The translations under genes and the position numbers were made by a program. The notes below the pieces were generated by a model. The model made no database searches. It was not told the origin of the DNA and saw only the letters and a program-made list of their open reading frames with translations. From Orbicella franksi (taxonomy: Eukaryota), in contig OZ116701.1 of NCBI GenBank assembly GCA_964199315.1, positions 2,914,001 through 2,978,000 on the forward strand: a stretch of 64,000 nt of DNA, given 5' to 3'. Every line of letters begins with the position of its first letter. The first letter of the stretch is position 1. This document shows, piece by piece, positions 49,101 through 62,888 of the stretch.

Positions 49101-52100
49101 GGATTCTCAGGATCGTAAAATTGGCTCGCAGGAACAAGTCGGTTACTGCCATCGTGAAAAATACAGGCTTCTCGAAGAGCATCGAGTAACGTGGTCCTCT
49201 CACTTGAACTCTTCAAGGTGACAAGGAGTGTGTCCCTGATGTACATCAACACTTCTTGAACACCTGACGCTGAGATTGCGTCAAGATTTGGCAGGATATA
49301 CTTCACAAAGACATCTACTTGCGTAAGGTGGCTGATGTCCAATGCCTTGTACAGAGGTTCAATTTCTTGAATAGCTTCCAAGAGCACACAGCTTTCTTTC
49401 TCTACACGTCCTTCAATCTCTTCCAGTGAGACGCACTGTGGCAAGTCAACAACATATGAAAAGGCATACGAATCAAGACTGACAAGTCTACCATTCAACG
49501 TGTTGTACAGCGGAAGCTTTTTCAAAAGGGATTGGTTGCTATACACGGTGGTTACGTCCTCTTGCAGGAATCTTAGGAGAGTCACGATTTCTGCTTGTGC
49601 AAGTTCGCATTTAAATACATCACCTTTGGACAAGTAATGTAAAATACTGACCACATCTTGTCTTGAGTATGGCTTTGCGAGGTGGGGTGATACAATCAGT
49701 GATGCATCATCTTTGTTTATTCGTGAAAGAACTGTAAAATCCAGTTGAGCACTTCCAAGCTTGCACAGAATTCTTACCATCCTGTCTTCATCGTAAATGC
49801 GGGTACTCAAATCCAACACGGTTTTACCGAGGGACACTGGCGCAAGGGTGCCATTAGAGGTAGGGATAATGGGCCAGTCCTCGAGTGGACGAAGAGTTTC
49901 GGTTGCGTCTTCTCGGTCTTCAAAGCTTGACTGTCGCTCTTGGTATGTTGTGATAATCATTTCCCACAACGTTGTCAACCACTCAACAGATGGTACACTA
50001 TTTTCGCTTGGTTCCCATGGAACTTGCCTGTCGGCCGCAAACCACCTTGATGGAAGGATTTGGATCAGATATGGCGCAATCGATTTCGTGTCAAAACGTT
50101 TGAAGACTGTGGATTTCCAAATGTCATTTCTTGGAAACTTGGAAAACAGTGGAGTGAATTCTCTATGGACAAAGAGGTCTTTCTGTGAAGACACTAGACT
50201 TGAATGTGGTGTGAGGAAAACTGGATTATTGGAATCAAATTTTCTTAGTACTTCGTCGTCGGTAAGAAGGAGAGGCAACCCATTTAAACGTTGTAGGAAG
50301 TATTCATCCTTCATGCAGTATTCCATCAGTAGTTTGAGACAACTGGCATGTTTAAAGGTGGTATTATCAATTGAACAGGGAAGCACATCAATGTAACGCG
50401 TAGCTTTTGCAAGGAACGCCAAAACGATGTCGGGACTCACGGTTTTTACAGTTGCGGTTGCTTCTTTAAAATTTGAGTAGATTTTCGGCGAAGCCTTAAC
50501 GATTGGAACGCCAACCTTCAATAGCAGTTTTTCCAGGTCTGGGTTGGAAAGGAGGCTGAAAAATGCTTGTTGTTCGTCTTTGTCGCTACAGGGTGGAACC
50601 CACAAGCATGGACAGAGTGGTTTTGTGCCATACTTACTAAAGCTACGATTGGGAGACGCAACATCAATGAGCGGTGGTTCCTCTCTGATAATGGGAAGTA
50701 CAGGTTGGTTAGAGCTCGCTAGCAGTCTGTACACGGTTGTGGCAATACCCTTCCATTCAGTGTGAATGCTGTCTGGTTCAGGAAAGATGCTTTGGTACCA
50801 GTTCAAGCCACTCGTGGAATCAGTGATATGATTGAAGTACCATGGATCTCCCTGTGAAATTCCAGGTATGTAGGCCCTTGCACTGACAATCAACTCCACA
50901 TAGGCTGGTGCTAAAACGTGGTTCTTGATGAAGTTGTTCCACTGAGTTCTCTGACCCTGACCGCCTTCATCTTTCCAAAGATTCCGTCTAGAATTATCAA
51001 GTATAAATTGCCCATTAACTTGAACAGGGAGACCTGTTTCAACCGGTAACGGGAGGAAGCAAAACGCGCGATGAGTCTTGCTGGCTTGGTTGGTTTTGTG
51101 CTCACTTAAGGAACGTCTTCGTCGTGATGGCATATCATTTGTGGCCACACGGGCTGCCACCGCTGCTCGGGGAAGCAGACCGTACTTGTTTCCTTCTGGA
51201 ATTACTGGTTTTTCGCCATGCAAACGAGAACCAAGGCACTGATGAATAAGCCATTCCTCTCTTCTTCCAAGGGTATCTTGAATGGTATTGGTGTACGTAA
51301 TTCCAAACCATGGAATGCTATTGGTTTTCAGATTCCTGCATCGCATGACTTCTGCGTCAAGGGCATGGATCTTCGGTACATCTGTGGTTGAAATTTTTGC
51401 GGCTGCTTCGTATCGTCTTACTAATCTGCCATTTTCTATTCTGGAGATGCTTATTTTAGTGACACTTCTGAGGAAGAGGAGGATATCGCGGATCTCACCT
51501 TCAAAAATAGTGAGCAGTTGATCAATGCTCGAAGAAGTGAAAGCCTTGGAGGAGATTTGGGACTCTTTAGCAGTCAAATCCGTTCTTATAGGAAGACGGA
51601 ACATGGTAGAGTTTTGCAGTTCAAAAAACTCTTCTAGGTAGCAGGGTCGAACATCAGCAAAATTGTTCCAGAACTCTTCATCAAGCGGATCAAATCGACG
51701 TCCTGGGAACTCCATTGTTGCGTCAGGTGCGTATCGGGCGTGAGGATCGAGAACACACAGTGTTTCGCCGTTTGTAACAAAGCTTGGGCAATCAGTAATA
51801 TGGTACACCGCGTTAAACCCGATTCCATATTTTCCGGTCTTTTCAGGGCTGTCAGTCTTGCTTCCGATGCCAAGCCTCTGTATGCCCTCAATGTCCTGTT
51901 CAGTGAACGCACAATCATTGTAAATACACAGTGCAGGCCCTTGGAGTTCTTTCCATCGTTCCGACAGCACACGGGTGGTACCATGTTGGCGCGGGTCATG
52001 TACAAAATGTACCTCTGTGGTCCCAGCGTCATCTGCGTTTTGGATAATCTCTTTAAGAATTCCCACGTCACATGGATATGACTCCAGTACCTTTTTCAGT

Positions 52101-55100
52101 CGATCCGTAAGGCGTTCACTCTGACCAAATGGTCTTCCGATGCAGTGGGAATATCTATCCAACTTTTGTTCTCGAATAGTATGGGCTCCTAATCTGTGGG
52201 CTAATATCCCGGAGATGTCTCTGTGAACACATCTTTTTTGGTCTTGCTGGGGCATCCAAGGAGCGTCGTTGATGGCAAGCTCCCCCACAGGTGTTAGGAC
52301 TAAATCTGCATTTGGCAAGGGAAGTTGACCCGAATAGGAACTCAGGGCACCAGTATTCATCATTGCGATCTCCTCCAGGAAGGCTTTCACAGTCTTAAAC
52401 TCTTGTGATGTAAGGGGCTGACCTTGTTTTCTCTCCTCGAGGACGAAAAGAGCATCGACCATATCCTCTCCAGAAAAGGATTCCTGGACCCCAAGTGCTT
52501 TAAAGAGATCCTTGAATTTCAAAGTGAAATCTTCTGGAAGGCAGTAAAGAAAAGGAGCTCCATTGTTATTCCATGAAAAGGCTACTTGATTTGGTGTCAC
52601 GAACTTGCTCTCGACAAATATCCATGGCTTTCCGCTTAAAAGGTCTTGAATCACTTGTTTGTCTGCTGTGTTGATTCGCTCTTGGAGAAATTGATAAACG
52701 GCCAGGCAAATCTTTCTTATACATTCTCTGTTGGCGGGGTCATGCGTAACCAGGCCTTGTACAGCATAATACAGTTGCAAAAGGACGTCGTTCACGGTTG
52801 CGCGATGACTTGTGAACCCTAATAGCTTAGCAACATCTTTGCCCACACGGTCACAGCCTGTCTCTGGGGACTCGTCCAAGACTGGGTGTACTGATCCTAA
52901 CAAAAAGATAGAGTCGTCGCGGACTAACTCTGCTGCAGATAGTAGTTTCTGTACACCTTCCTCTGAACCCTTCCATGGCAGGCAGTACTCAGTAGGTCTA
53001 GCCATAACAGGAAGAAAATAAATCTCTGAAAGTTGTTTGCGTTGTGTTGGGCTTGGTGGAGATAACTTACACATGTTGTCGTTCAAATATTTAAGTAGGT
53101 TCCTTGATATCTGCAGGGCTTTGTCTTTGTCATGGGTGGCCAACGCGGCAATGAACACAGCTCTTTCACAAATCCATTTCCATGTCAACAAACTGTCTAC
53201 CATTCCCAGCTTTTTCAATGCGACGAGTCGTTCTGGTCTGAGGAAACTGGCTCCAGTTGGAAAGATATTCTCTTCCTCAAGAAATAGGCTGCTGGCAGCT
53301 CCAGTAGGATCAATTAGGTCTCCAGGCCGAGAAAGTTGATAACCCTCTGATGAAGTCGGAATACATTGCGATTCTCGCAAAGGCTTCGCGTACTTGTGAG
53401 AACCCCGCAAATATTCATCCAGTACGTGGCATGTGATTGGATCTCTCAGGTTGTTTGGCAGTTTGGCAATATTTGGAAAAAAGACGTCACAAACAAACTT
53501 GTCAAGAGTAACTGTCTGGTCAACAACCGCTTGTTGGAGACCTTGGTGAAATGCGTTGGAAATAAATCTTGGAAGCTGAACCACGTTGTAGCCACACTTA
53601 CACATTATAGGGTAGCTTTCAGGAAGCCTGGTCACATTGTCGTCCAAAAAGACGCCATCCTCCACAGATACCCACTGGGACTGACTCTTTAAAATTGGGG
53701 CTGGACTACTGGCTATGCTCTGATAAACACTGTCAGCAAACTTTGACCAAGTCTTGGATGGCGCTTTTTGTGTATCTGGCCAAAGAGTGTCAAATGGAAA
53801 TTCCACCACATTTCCTTGTCGATGGAGACTAACAATTCCTTCTAGAAGTTGAACGTAAGCCTTGGAAGCAGCGTCTTCTAAGAGGTATTGGTTCCAAAGA
53901 ACTTCAATCGGCTTTTGTAAAGAATGACCACCACTGGTATCTTCCCAGAGATTGCGGCGATTGGTTGTCACAGCGAAGCATCCGTTCACATGAACTGGAA
54001 AACCTGTTTCCACGCCCAGGGGTAGGCCAAGAAATGCTTCACCCACTATTGTCTCTGGTCTCCACCGCTTATTGTTGTCGTTGCCTAACAGAGCAGCAAC
54101 CTCAGCTTTCGGTAGTAAACCGTTGAGCTTCCCATCTTCACTCTTTGCCATTTCCAGTGATTTCCTATTGCCATAACATGAACTTATGAACCAAACCTCT
54201 TTCGCTAGTTGATTTCGTGAAGCCACCCACGAACCGCTAGGGTAGACTTGAGACTTAATTGACACTATTCTTGATGAACTGGTACGGTATTCATGCGATT
54301 GCTGTTCAAAGACCCAGCTTCCATTAAGATCAGCTTCAAGTGAAACATGGTTATTGTTTTCCTCCGATGGTATACTGTTGTCTGGATTGCTAGTCGACGA
54401 GAACGTCTCCAATGTTTCCTTTTCCACCTCAAACACTGCATTCGGAAGTGAAGGATCTTGATCGGAAGATATCTGGAAGAAACTTATCTTACAGACATTC
54501 TGTAGGAAGAGCAACATCTTGGACGCATTTTCCTGAAGGCCCGAGATCAATTTAGTAAACTGCTGCTCGTTGTAGTACTTGTTACAAATTTCGCTTTCAC
54601 TGGCCTGTCTCATCGTCCTTAATGGCAGCCTGAAAAGTGTTCCGTCATAGAAGAATGGTTCTCCCTTCTTCTCAAATGTGCATCCGAATACTCCTTGGTA
54701 AGGTTTAAACTGATCTGGAAAAGCGCCGAGTGCCACTGCGTTGCTTTTGAGATTCAGACGGATACCGGGACGAAACTTGTCCTTGATAAGGTCTCCTAAA
54801 TGACTTGTGTGTGGATCAAAAAAGGCAATGAATTCACGACTGATAAAGCTTGGAAGGTCAGTGATATTGTAGACTGTACAAAATCCTATTCCAAAGCGGC
54901 CTAGCTTGTCTTGATTTCCTATTTTGGTTGCCCCAGCAAGCTTGTTGATGTTCTCAAAGTCTCTGTCTGTAAAAAGAGCGTCGTTGTATACCCACAGCGC
55001 TGGTCCTTGTGTCTCGGATAATCCAGGAGACAAGAGCTTCTCGGCCTTGTTTTTCCTCCAATCAAGTAGAAACTTAACTTCCGTTGCTCCCGCATCGTCT

Positions 55101-58100
55101 GCATTCTGGATTAGTTCTTTGAAGGTCGCCATGTCATCAGTGTGGTCTTTAATAATATTTTTCAGTCTAGTGGTTACTGGCTCGAATGGTCCAGTCTGCT
55201 GAAAGCCGAGGGTCTCAGTAACTGCTAACTTCCTGCTTAAAGGAGGTGTCCCTAAAAGCTGTGCAGTACCAGTGGAAATGGTTTTGTGTACAAGAAAAGC
55301 AACGTCACTTATATTGGGATCGCTGTTGCCTTGTCTCAGCCACTCGGCATCGCAAAAGCTGACATCAGTACATGGTTGAAGAATAAGCCTGTCGTCCTCC
55401 GTTTGGATGGGAATTAAAACTCTTTTACGAATGTCCGAGGGAAGAGGTGTACCATCTTGTGTCAGGAAGTCCAGAACATCGCGAGTCAGTCGAAGATCGC
55501 GCTTTACCTCCTCAATACTTCGTCTCTCTTCCGAGTGCCAGTCTCGAATCATGTACAAGACGTCTAAGGCTGATGACTCATTGAACGTCTCTTGAACACC
55601 GCAGCGCTCAAAGAAGGCGGAGTAGCTCTGGAAATCGTCAGATAGTACGAAGATGTAGGGTCGTAGATCCAGAAGACACTCGCTTTTTAACGCAATGCAG
55701 CCGGGCTTGGCGAAACCAGAACCATGCCATACCCAAGGCAAAAACGAATGTTCCTTTAGAACTAATACGGCTTCAGCTATGACAATTTCGCTGGAGAGGT
55801 GGCTGTAGACATCCTTGAGCATCGCTTGGAACTTGAGCAATTCAATTTCAGAAGATTTGTGCACTTGCTGTTGCCAAGTAGTAATAGCACCTTTCAGCTG
55901 CGCTAGGACGTAGGAAATTGGTGGCGGAAATGACCATCCGAAGGCTTTCTTGAGTTTCTCATCGAGACTTCCTCTAAGCACCGGCATAGCTGAGCCAACA
56001 ATGTTCACCATGTCCGCATCTCTCATATCCTTTGGAGAGTACAGCCTTCTTGCCACACCAAACCAAGGCATAGATGTCGGATACTTGCTAAGTGGCTCTT
56101 TGGACGCAGGAAGCCAGGGTAAGCTTGATAATATGCTTCCAAGGGAAACTTTCTTCGCTGATCCGGAGCTTTCTTCTAACAGTACCTCGTATTCAACAAG
56201 GCATGAGTTGTCATTTAAGAACTGTAACAATGCCTCGGCCCTTCTTAGAGCTGACTGTTCGGGAGCTTGTGTGATCTGCTTTGCTATTAGAAAGATGTCT
56301 TTGGCTTCTAAGGAACGACTTCGCCTAAGACCCAAGAAGACTCGAAGCAAGCTTAGTGCGTGAGCTTTGGCAAACTCTTGAGCGGGAAACACGTCGGGTT
56401 CACCTTCAAAAAGCTTCTGGATGACTTCATCTTCGGGATCGTACAATTCGCACGGCGGTTTTAAACTCCCGTTTGCAACTGGAACAAACCGAACGTTCTT
56501 CAAATGTTCCGGGAAGGCTTTGTTGTCGCTTGATAGGGCAGGAAGTCTTTGGATTACCCAGAACATCAAGTCTGAAACTTGTTCTCGAGTGTAAAATCCT
56601 CCGTCTTCGATGTAAGGAAATATTTTGTCGATCAAGAGGTCTGAAGTGTTCAGGATTCGCAGTGGAAGTCGCCGCAACAGCTGGTATGAGTCATCGTCAC
56701 TAGCGGAGAGTATCTGGTGCGAGCACTGGATCTTCGTACTCGATGGCAAATGCAATCGTGGAGGGGCAACGTCGAGTTTCGTACCCGACAGGGGTCCACC
56801 TGGCTGCACTGATGTAAAAGTTGTGCCGTCCAAAGCTTGAAAGATTGGCAACGTCATCAACGCCACTACTTCGTCATCAGAAGGATTTCTTAAGCTCGAC
56901 AAGAATGCTCTAATGGCTACCTTCTCTTCTGCGGAACAGTTATTGAGATTGTCATTCCCTGGCTCATTCATGACCGTTGCTAGTACTTTTATAACTCCAG
57001 AAGGGGTTGGTGGTTCGATGTAATTCTTTAACGCTGCATGATCACAGAATGGAGGCAAGTGGGGAAGAACAATACAGCCTGCCTTTTGAAGTGCAGTTGC
57101 CACGATCCTTGGTAAAGACCCAAAATACGACGAGCTTTGAATCACACAGTGATCTTTCTTAAGCTTTATAAGGTAACGCTTCTCCATCCTTCCCTCTGCA
57201 AGTGGAAGAAGAGGGATGGTTTCAAATGCAGTGAGATCTTTTGGAAATTCTGTTTTAAGCCATGACCATAATCCCCGCAGCCACACATCACCAGGCAAAG
57301 ATTCATCTTTAGGATTCCAAGGTACCACAACAGAACTGCTTTTCCAAATTTCAGGCATACTTTCGTGAACTAACTTTGGGACAAGAGACGGTGTTAGTTT
57401 CACAAGCTGGGTGGGTCCTGAAAGTCTTCTTTCAATTTCCCCTGCGACAGAACGCAAGGTTTCTAGCACGCTTCCTTCTGTTCTCTCATCTAAGAATCTA
57501 TGATCACTTCCTGGAATAAGACTTCTTGGATGACTGCGAGATGCAATCAATATACTGCTCTTTGGGTCGTATCCATGCACGTCACTTCGAAACTCTTGGA
57601 AGGTTTCATCAGCAAGAGGGAGAAGAGGAAGGCCAGCAAGTTCCGTGAAGTTACGATCCATGAGAATGAATTCTAAGAGGCACAGTTTCTCCTTCCTACT
57701 CAGACGTTCAAAGTTTACCCTGCCTTGATTACTTGGCACCCGATCGTCTCTGTCCATACCTTTGAGCTCGTAAATGTCCAGTTTTGTACTAGGGTGCAGG
57801 TCTCCAGGTGAACTTCTAGGTGTCGTTACGTTCCCACTAAACCCGTTACTATTTGGCGAGCTCAATTCAGTAGGCCGATCCCCTTTTAAAACAGCGCGCA
57901 CATAAGATGGCGTGATTTCTTGAGGTCTCCTTACTCGATGTTCCACGTATTCGTCAACAGCTTTCAGAGCTTGTGAAGGAAGTGATATCACTGGTTCGTC
58001 AGCTTGGAGGAGTGTCTCAATAACTACTTCACGAACTTCGTCGCGTACTTTGTTTGGGGAACATTCCAGACGGTCCAAAACGCCCTCTTCTAGGGTAATC

Positions 58101-61100
58101 CATCGTCCGCCAAGAGATTGGGTCCAAAACGCCGCTTTATCAACCAGGGCTGTGAAGAAAGGCCTTAAGACAACTTTCCAATGACCTTGGACGCGATCCA
58201 GGTCTGGCCAAATGCTGTGAACTATGGGACGCAATTCCTCACTTGGGCACTGTGATTGGGTGAGCGCCACAATAAGGCTTGCATAGGCTTTGCTGACTAC
58301 ATCCCGTGTGAGAAAAACATTCCATTCCGCTGCGTCGTCGCTTTGGCTTTCTGGACCGGGCCACTTGAGGTTTCTTCGATTATCCGTAAGTCCAAAGGCT
58401 CCATGAATATGCACTGGCAGACCTGTTTTGCACTCTGAATCGACAGGGAGAGGAAGGTAGCAGAACACCCGTCCAGTTCCTATCCTGGTATTCTCACCAG
58501 TTGGGTGCAGTGATACTGCAACTCCTGCCCATGGAATCAGCCCAAGAGATGAAGAAAGCTCTCCCAATCTCATACTTTCATGCCCAACCCGATTCAAGAC
58601 CATGAATTTGAATTGTCGCTCGTACTTGTCTGGTCTGTTGATTTCCACCGTCGTCTCATAACTCATTTCAATAGGCTTGGCAAGGAAACCTGTAGCAGCT
58701 TCAATAAACTTTCTTTTCACTTCCCTTACCGTCTCTCTTAGCTCGTCTTTGATTTGCACGGTGAAGATCTTCCTTTCCTTCTCAGTCCAGCTGGTCTCGT
58801 AGATACTTATGGTCTCCACACTCTTCAGAAAAAGTAAAATTACCGGCGCTTCCTCCATGAAGGACTCAAAGAGGCCATTGACCTTGGCCGCTGTGTACGG
58901 CTTAATCGATATTTTAGATGGCCATTTTCGTAAAGGAAGACGAAACAACGTCCCGTTAAAATATCCAGAAGAGATGTCGCAACCAAGGACATTTTCGTAA
59001 GGTGAAAACTGATCCCTGTATTGATGCATCAGAGGTTCGCGAATATCGTACCGTCTACCAGTTTCTCCTGTTCCAAAATAGGTCTCTTGCGGGTCAAGGA
59101 AGGCGATATGGTGGTCACTGATGACGCTAGGCAGATCTAAGGGTGAAAACATTATGTGAAGAAATAAAAAGTTGTATTAGAAAAAAGGTAGGGAATGCGA
59201 CAGACTTATGTAAAACAGACAACAATTGCATTAGTCAAGATAAACATAGCTTGGTGTTTCTCAAATCATAGCTAATGAAAAATAAGTTCAAGTTTTCCCA
59301 AGGGAAACAGTGAGTTTTGTTTCCCCGAGACCCACAATGTTAAACCTTTTGTTAGGTTGTTAGGTGACGTTCTCGTTGCCATCGTCGTCGTGGTTTGCTT
59401 AAGTTCCCTAATATCAGTGATGGGTTTCGTATGATTTAAGTCATTATAAATCGTACCTGTCACGTGATAAACCGAGTTGAATCCAACCCCAAAGCGCCCT
59501 GCCGCCACTGGGTCCTTTTTCTTGGATCCCTGCATGATGCTCTCAATTCCAACCCAGTCCTGCGCTTTAAAGAGACCATTGTTATAAACATACAGGGCTG
59601 GTCCTTGGAACTTGGACAAACCAACGTTGACAAGAGAAGAGGTGCCGAAGGCATTGTCACGTGAATCGAACAAGAATTTCACTTCCGTTGCACCAGCATC
59701 GTCAGCATTTTGAATCAATTCCTGCGAGGCAATGCAAGCCATTAAAACAGTGTTTGGGATAATGAAAAGCAGCAAAATATTACTGGTATTATATAAAGTG
59801 TACAGGAGGTTAACGACTGGATCATATTGAAATGGAGTTTATGCAACAACAAGAACAAGAACAAGAACAAGAACAAGAACAACAAAAACAACAACAACAA
59901 CCTTTATTTGTACTCATTGTAAAAAAACTCCGCACATTTTATAGAGAATGAAATAGAGAGCTGACTGCCTGGAATAAACCATAGGGGCTAGTGGGGCCAG
60001 GAAGCCAATTCAGATTTTACAGAGCGGTTTCTGTCAATATTGAAAACCGCTCCATAGATATCGATAGAGAAACAGAAATAAAGGTCGGTTGACTTAATTT
60101 AAAGGCAATGTAGCATTGTGCTAACAACACAAAACACCTACACCAAACACACATAGCGCTCACATAGCCAGTATCATAATTGAATATACTTACTCAAAAC
60201 TGAAGATGTATGTAAAATAAATAAGATTAATCATTAATTTAAAAGGAAAACCTTAAGACAATAAAAGCATGTTTAATGTGGAAGGAAACTAAAGCTAGCA
60301 AAAGAAGGAAAATATTATAAACACGTAACTATGCAGAACTGGCATTTATTTATAAAGTTTTTACAAAAGTTGAGACAATGAGCAGTTTTGCAATTTCATC
60401 GACCTTGAGGTTAGCCCATCTTGAACATGTTAGCCTAAAATTTTTAAGTTTGTTATTTGTAATCGAATCGAATCTTCTTCGTCCTGGTTGCTTTTTGGTT
60501 TATTTATAATCACTTCTGGAGTTTTCTAAATTTAAATGGCATAGCTGTCGTTGTTATGATTATTATATAGCTGTCACGTACAAAGAAATCAATGCTAGAT
60601 AACTTTACTTTGTGCAAAACATGATCTGTACTGTTGAAAAAATCCTCTTGTTTGTTCTGAAACTGAAATTTTTATTTTGAACGGATATTTGATTGTTTGC
60701 ATCTCTGCTCACCTGGCTTTGGCTCTTATGATAAGTTGCAAATAATTACCATAAAAATTATTTCATGACTTATGGCCGACGAAACTTTCAAGATAGTATT
60801 GCTCTTCTTTCGAGTACGCTTAAAATGTCTTACCTTAAGTATCTGTCCGCCGTCGGGATATCCCTCAAGAATCCTTTTGAGAACGACTGCAAGCGACGGT
60901 CTTCTCTGGCCATAAGACTGCCCTGGAATATTGAGCAAACATTTCACACATGTTGCATTTTCATAACATGGCGGGCTATTCGTTAGAGTTACTCGTTATT
61001 ATAACGGGTATTAATCTTAGCAGATCGATATCGTAAGACCGGTTTAGATTTCCAGAATGTACTGAGGAAGCGATGTCTGAAAGAATAGATTGTAACTGGA

Positions 61101-62888
61101 TCGATCTTAAATTTGGTTCCATTTATCAGCGCAGCGGAAATTGTTGAAGCAAAAAATATAAACCACATTTAAAAAATGCTAATCACTTTTTAAAACACAG
61201 CTAGCTATATAGGAAAGCTGGCAGATTATTTCTTATTAAAACGTTCAGGGGAGAAGCAAGAAATTCGGATTAAATCACTCAGTTTCATCATTGATTTAAA
61301 ATCTTTACAGAAATTAGGTTTAATCACAATGGAACCTAAGAACGCTCGGAACGATTACAATGTTTTGTGTGCGTAAACATATCTTGACTTACTTCGGCTT
61401 CTCCGTGTTTGCGACATTGCTTGAAAAATATTCGTTCATTCTTCGCTCCTCTGCTTTCCACAGCAAGCTATTCCCAACATCAGTCGGTCCGATAGCCGAA
61501 TCGTTTCCGTTTTACCAATCAAGTTATACTTTGGATAAATATTTGTTGCCCTTTGGGCTTGGTTTTAAACGACAAGCTTTCGCGAATCCTAGCTGTTGAT
61601 TGGTTGTTTACAATGGTATACATTATTTATTATAAATCCTGTTTGCACCAAATTCAAACATCTCAGGTAGATCTTGGTGCCCGTCAGTTAGCGATTAGAA
61701 CAATTATTTCGCTGATGTTCACTCCGTGTAAGAAGCAACATTACTAAGCAACAGTGATCAAGTTGAAGTTTCATCTAACAGCATCAATACCTTATTTAAG
61801 GAGATAGGTTATGAGAATATGGACACTGCGATCTTGTCTTAGTTAACGTTACCTCTCAATCTGTTAATGGCTTGTTTACTCGGAAAGAGAAAAAGATATA
61901 AAGTTTACAGTGAAGGAAAATTAAAAACCACTTAGTCCCAAGGAAATCTGAACTGAAGTCTTTATGGATGGTTTGCTCCGGCCAACGAAATCAAATCATT
62001 CTTCATAAATATGTCGATATACTGTTATTACTTGTAGCCAAACCCGAGATTAAATATGGCGGAAAGTTTGAACGAGTTCGTGACAGTAACAGCGAGGCTT
62101 TTCTGTAGGAGAGTGAAAATGTAGAAAACAAATCGTTCAATGTACTGACAATTATATCAGCGTGAAAATGTTAGTGTACTTCGGAGAAAGTTTGCCTTCA
62201 GTATTTTATAGTTAAGTCGGCATTGTCAAAATAATCTTAGCTGGTCTAGGTGCTTTAACACTGACACCGAGAGTTTTCATTTGTACAATTTACGTTCCAT
62301 GAACTGATTCGTTACTAGAGTGATCACATCGATTTTCAAAGAAACTGAAGGATTAACTGAGCTACTCCAGCCCGCTAAGAAATGAACACTGAACAGGAAA
62401 TAAATATTGCATGAGAACTATGTTGTCCAGATAGTCGTTACACTAAGGCCTCGTCCGGCACACTACACCGGAGGAACAATATGAAAACGGTGTTTTTACC
62501 CTGAAAACACATCAAATATTTTCCGTCCTCACTACGCCAGAACCCGCCATATTGGATTTGTGTTTGAGGGGGACGTGGGCAGGGAAATCACAGGATTATC
62601 GTAACTCCGTCGTTTTCTAAGAGCTTCGCACAAAATGTATTCCGTCCGCACTAAAAAGCAAAAGACGACGTTTTTAATTCCTCCAGTTTGAAGGGCGTTT
62701 TCGAAAGGCTCCGTTTTCGTGACGGATTAGTGTGGACAGTATATGTAGCCTAACCGTAGAAATAAAGCTGCGTTTTCAAATTTCTGTGTAGTGTGGACAG
62801 GGCCGAAAAAGACCATGGGTTTCTTATGTCAGAAACATTCCCGGTGCCGTGAACCATGCTTACCTTGAATATTTGCGTCCGTGTCCAT
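46103..62888 (-). CDS. SACS: Sacsin (~4470 aa): three SRR Hsp90-like ATPase repeats, XPCB-like region, J-domain, HEPN
   Basis: Exons 62864-62888 (MDTDANIQ, least certain), 60834-60922, 59457-59721 and 46103-59136 (13,034 nt); phases consistent. Three ELIQNADDAG/G.FG.GF..VY..TD repeats, J-domain VIKRLFLRWHPDKN, HEPN EAKRWMKQA...TRYP. Confidence 0.95.
59844..60005 (-). mobile_element. Probable retroelement 3' tail with (AACAAG)n/(AAC)n microsatellite in a sacsin intron
   Basis: Minus strand reads ...gagtacaAATAAAggttgttgttg...: a poly(A) signal directly followed by a simple-repeat tail. Confidence 0.5.
62447..62804. mobile_element. PIF/Harbinger-like MITE, same family, opposite orientation
   Basis: TAA|GGCCTCGTCC...CACACTA ... 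TAGTGTGGACAGGGCC; internal sequence is the reverse complement of 17272-17649. Confidence 0.8.

Noticed and set aside
46504-59000. Many 60-208-aa ORFs on the + strand or in other frames within sacsin
   Set aside because: Antisense or out-of-frame shadows of the long coding exon; no recognisable motifs.
46103-59152. Bacterial or HGT origin of the 4349-aa uninterrupted ORF
   Set aside because: It is joined to upstream exons by canonical, phase-consistent introns containing host repeats, and has the metazoan sacsin J+HEPN C-terminus.
62056-62115. Strong-context ATGGCG on the + strand (MAESLNEFV...)
   Set aside because: Short frame with no good donor, inside sacsin intron 1; may just be a YY1-like motif.
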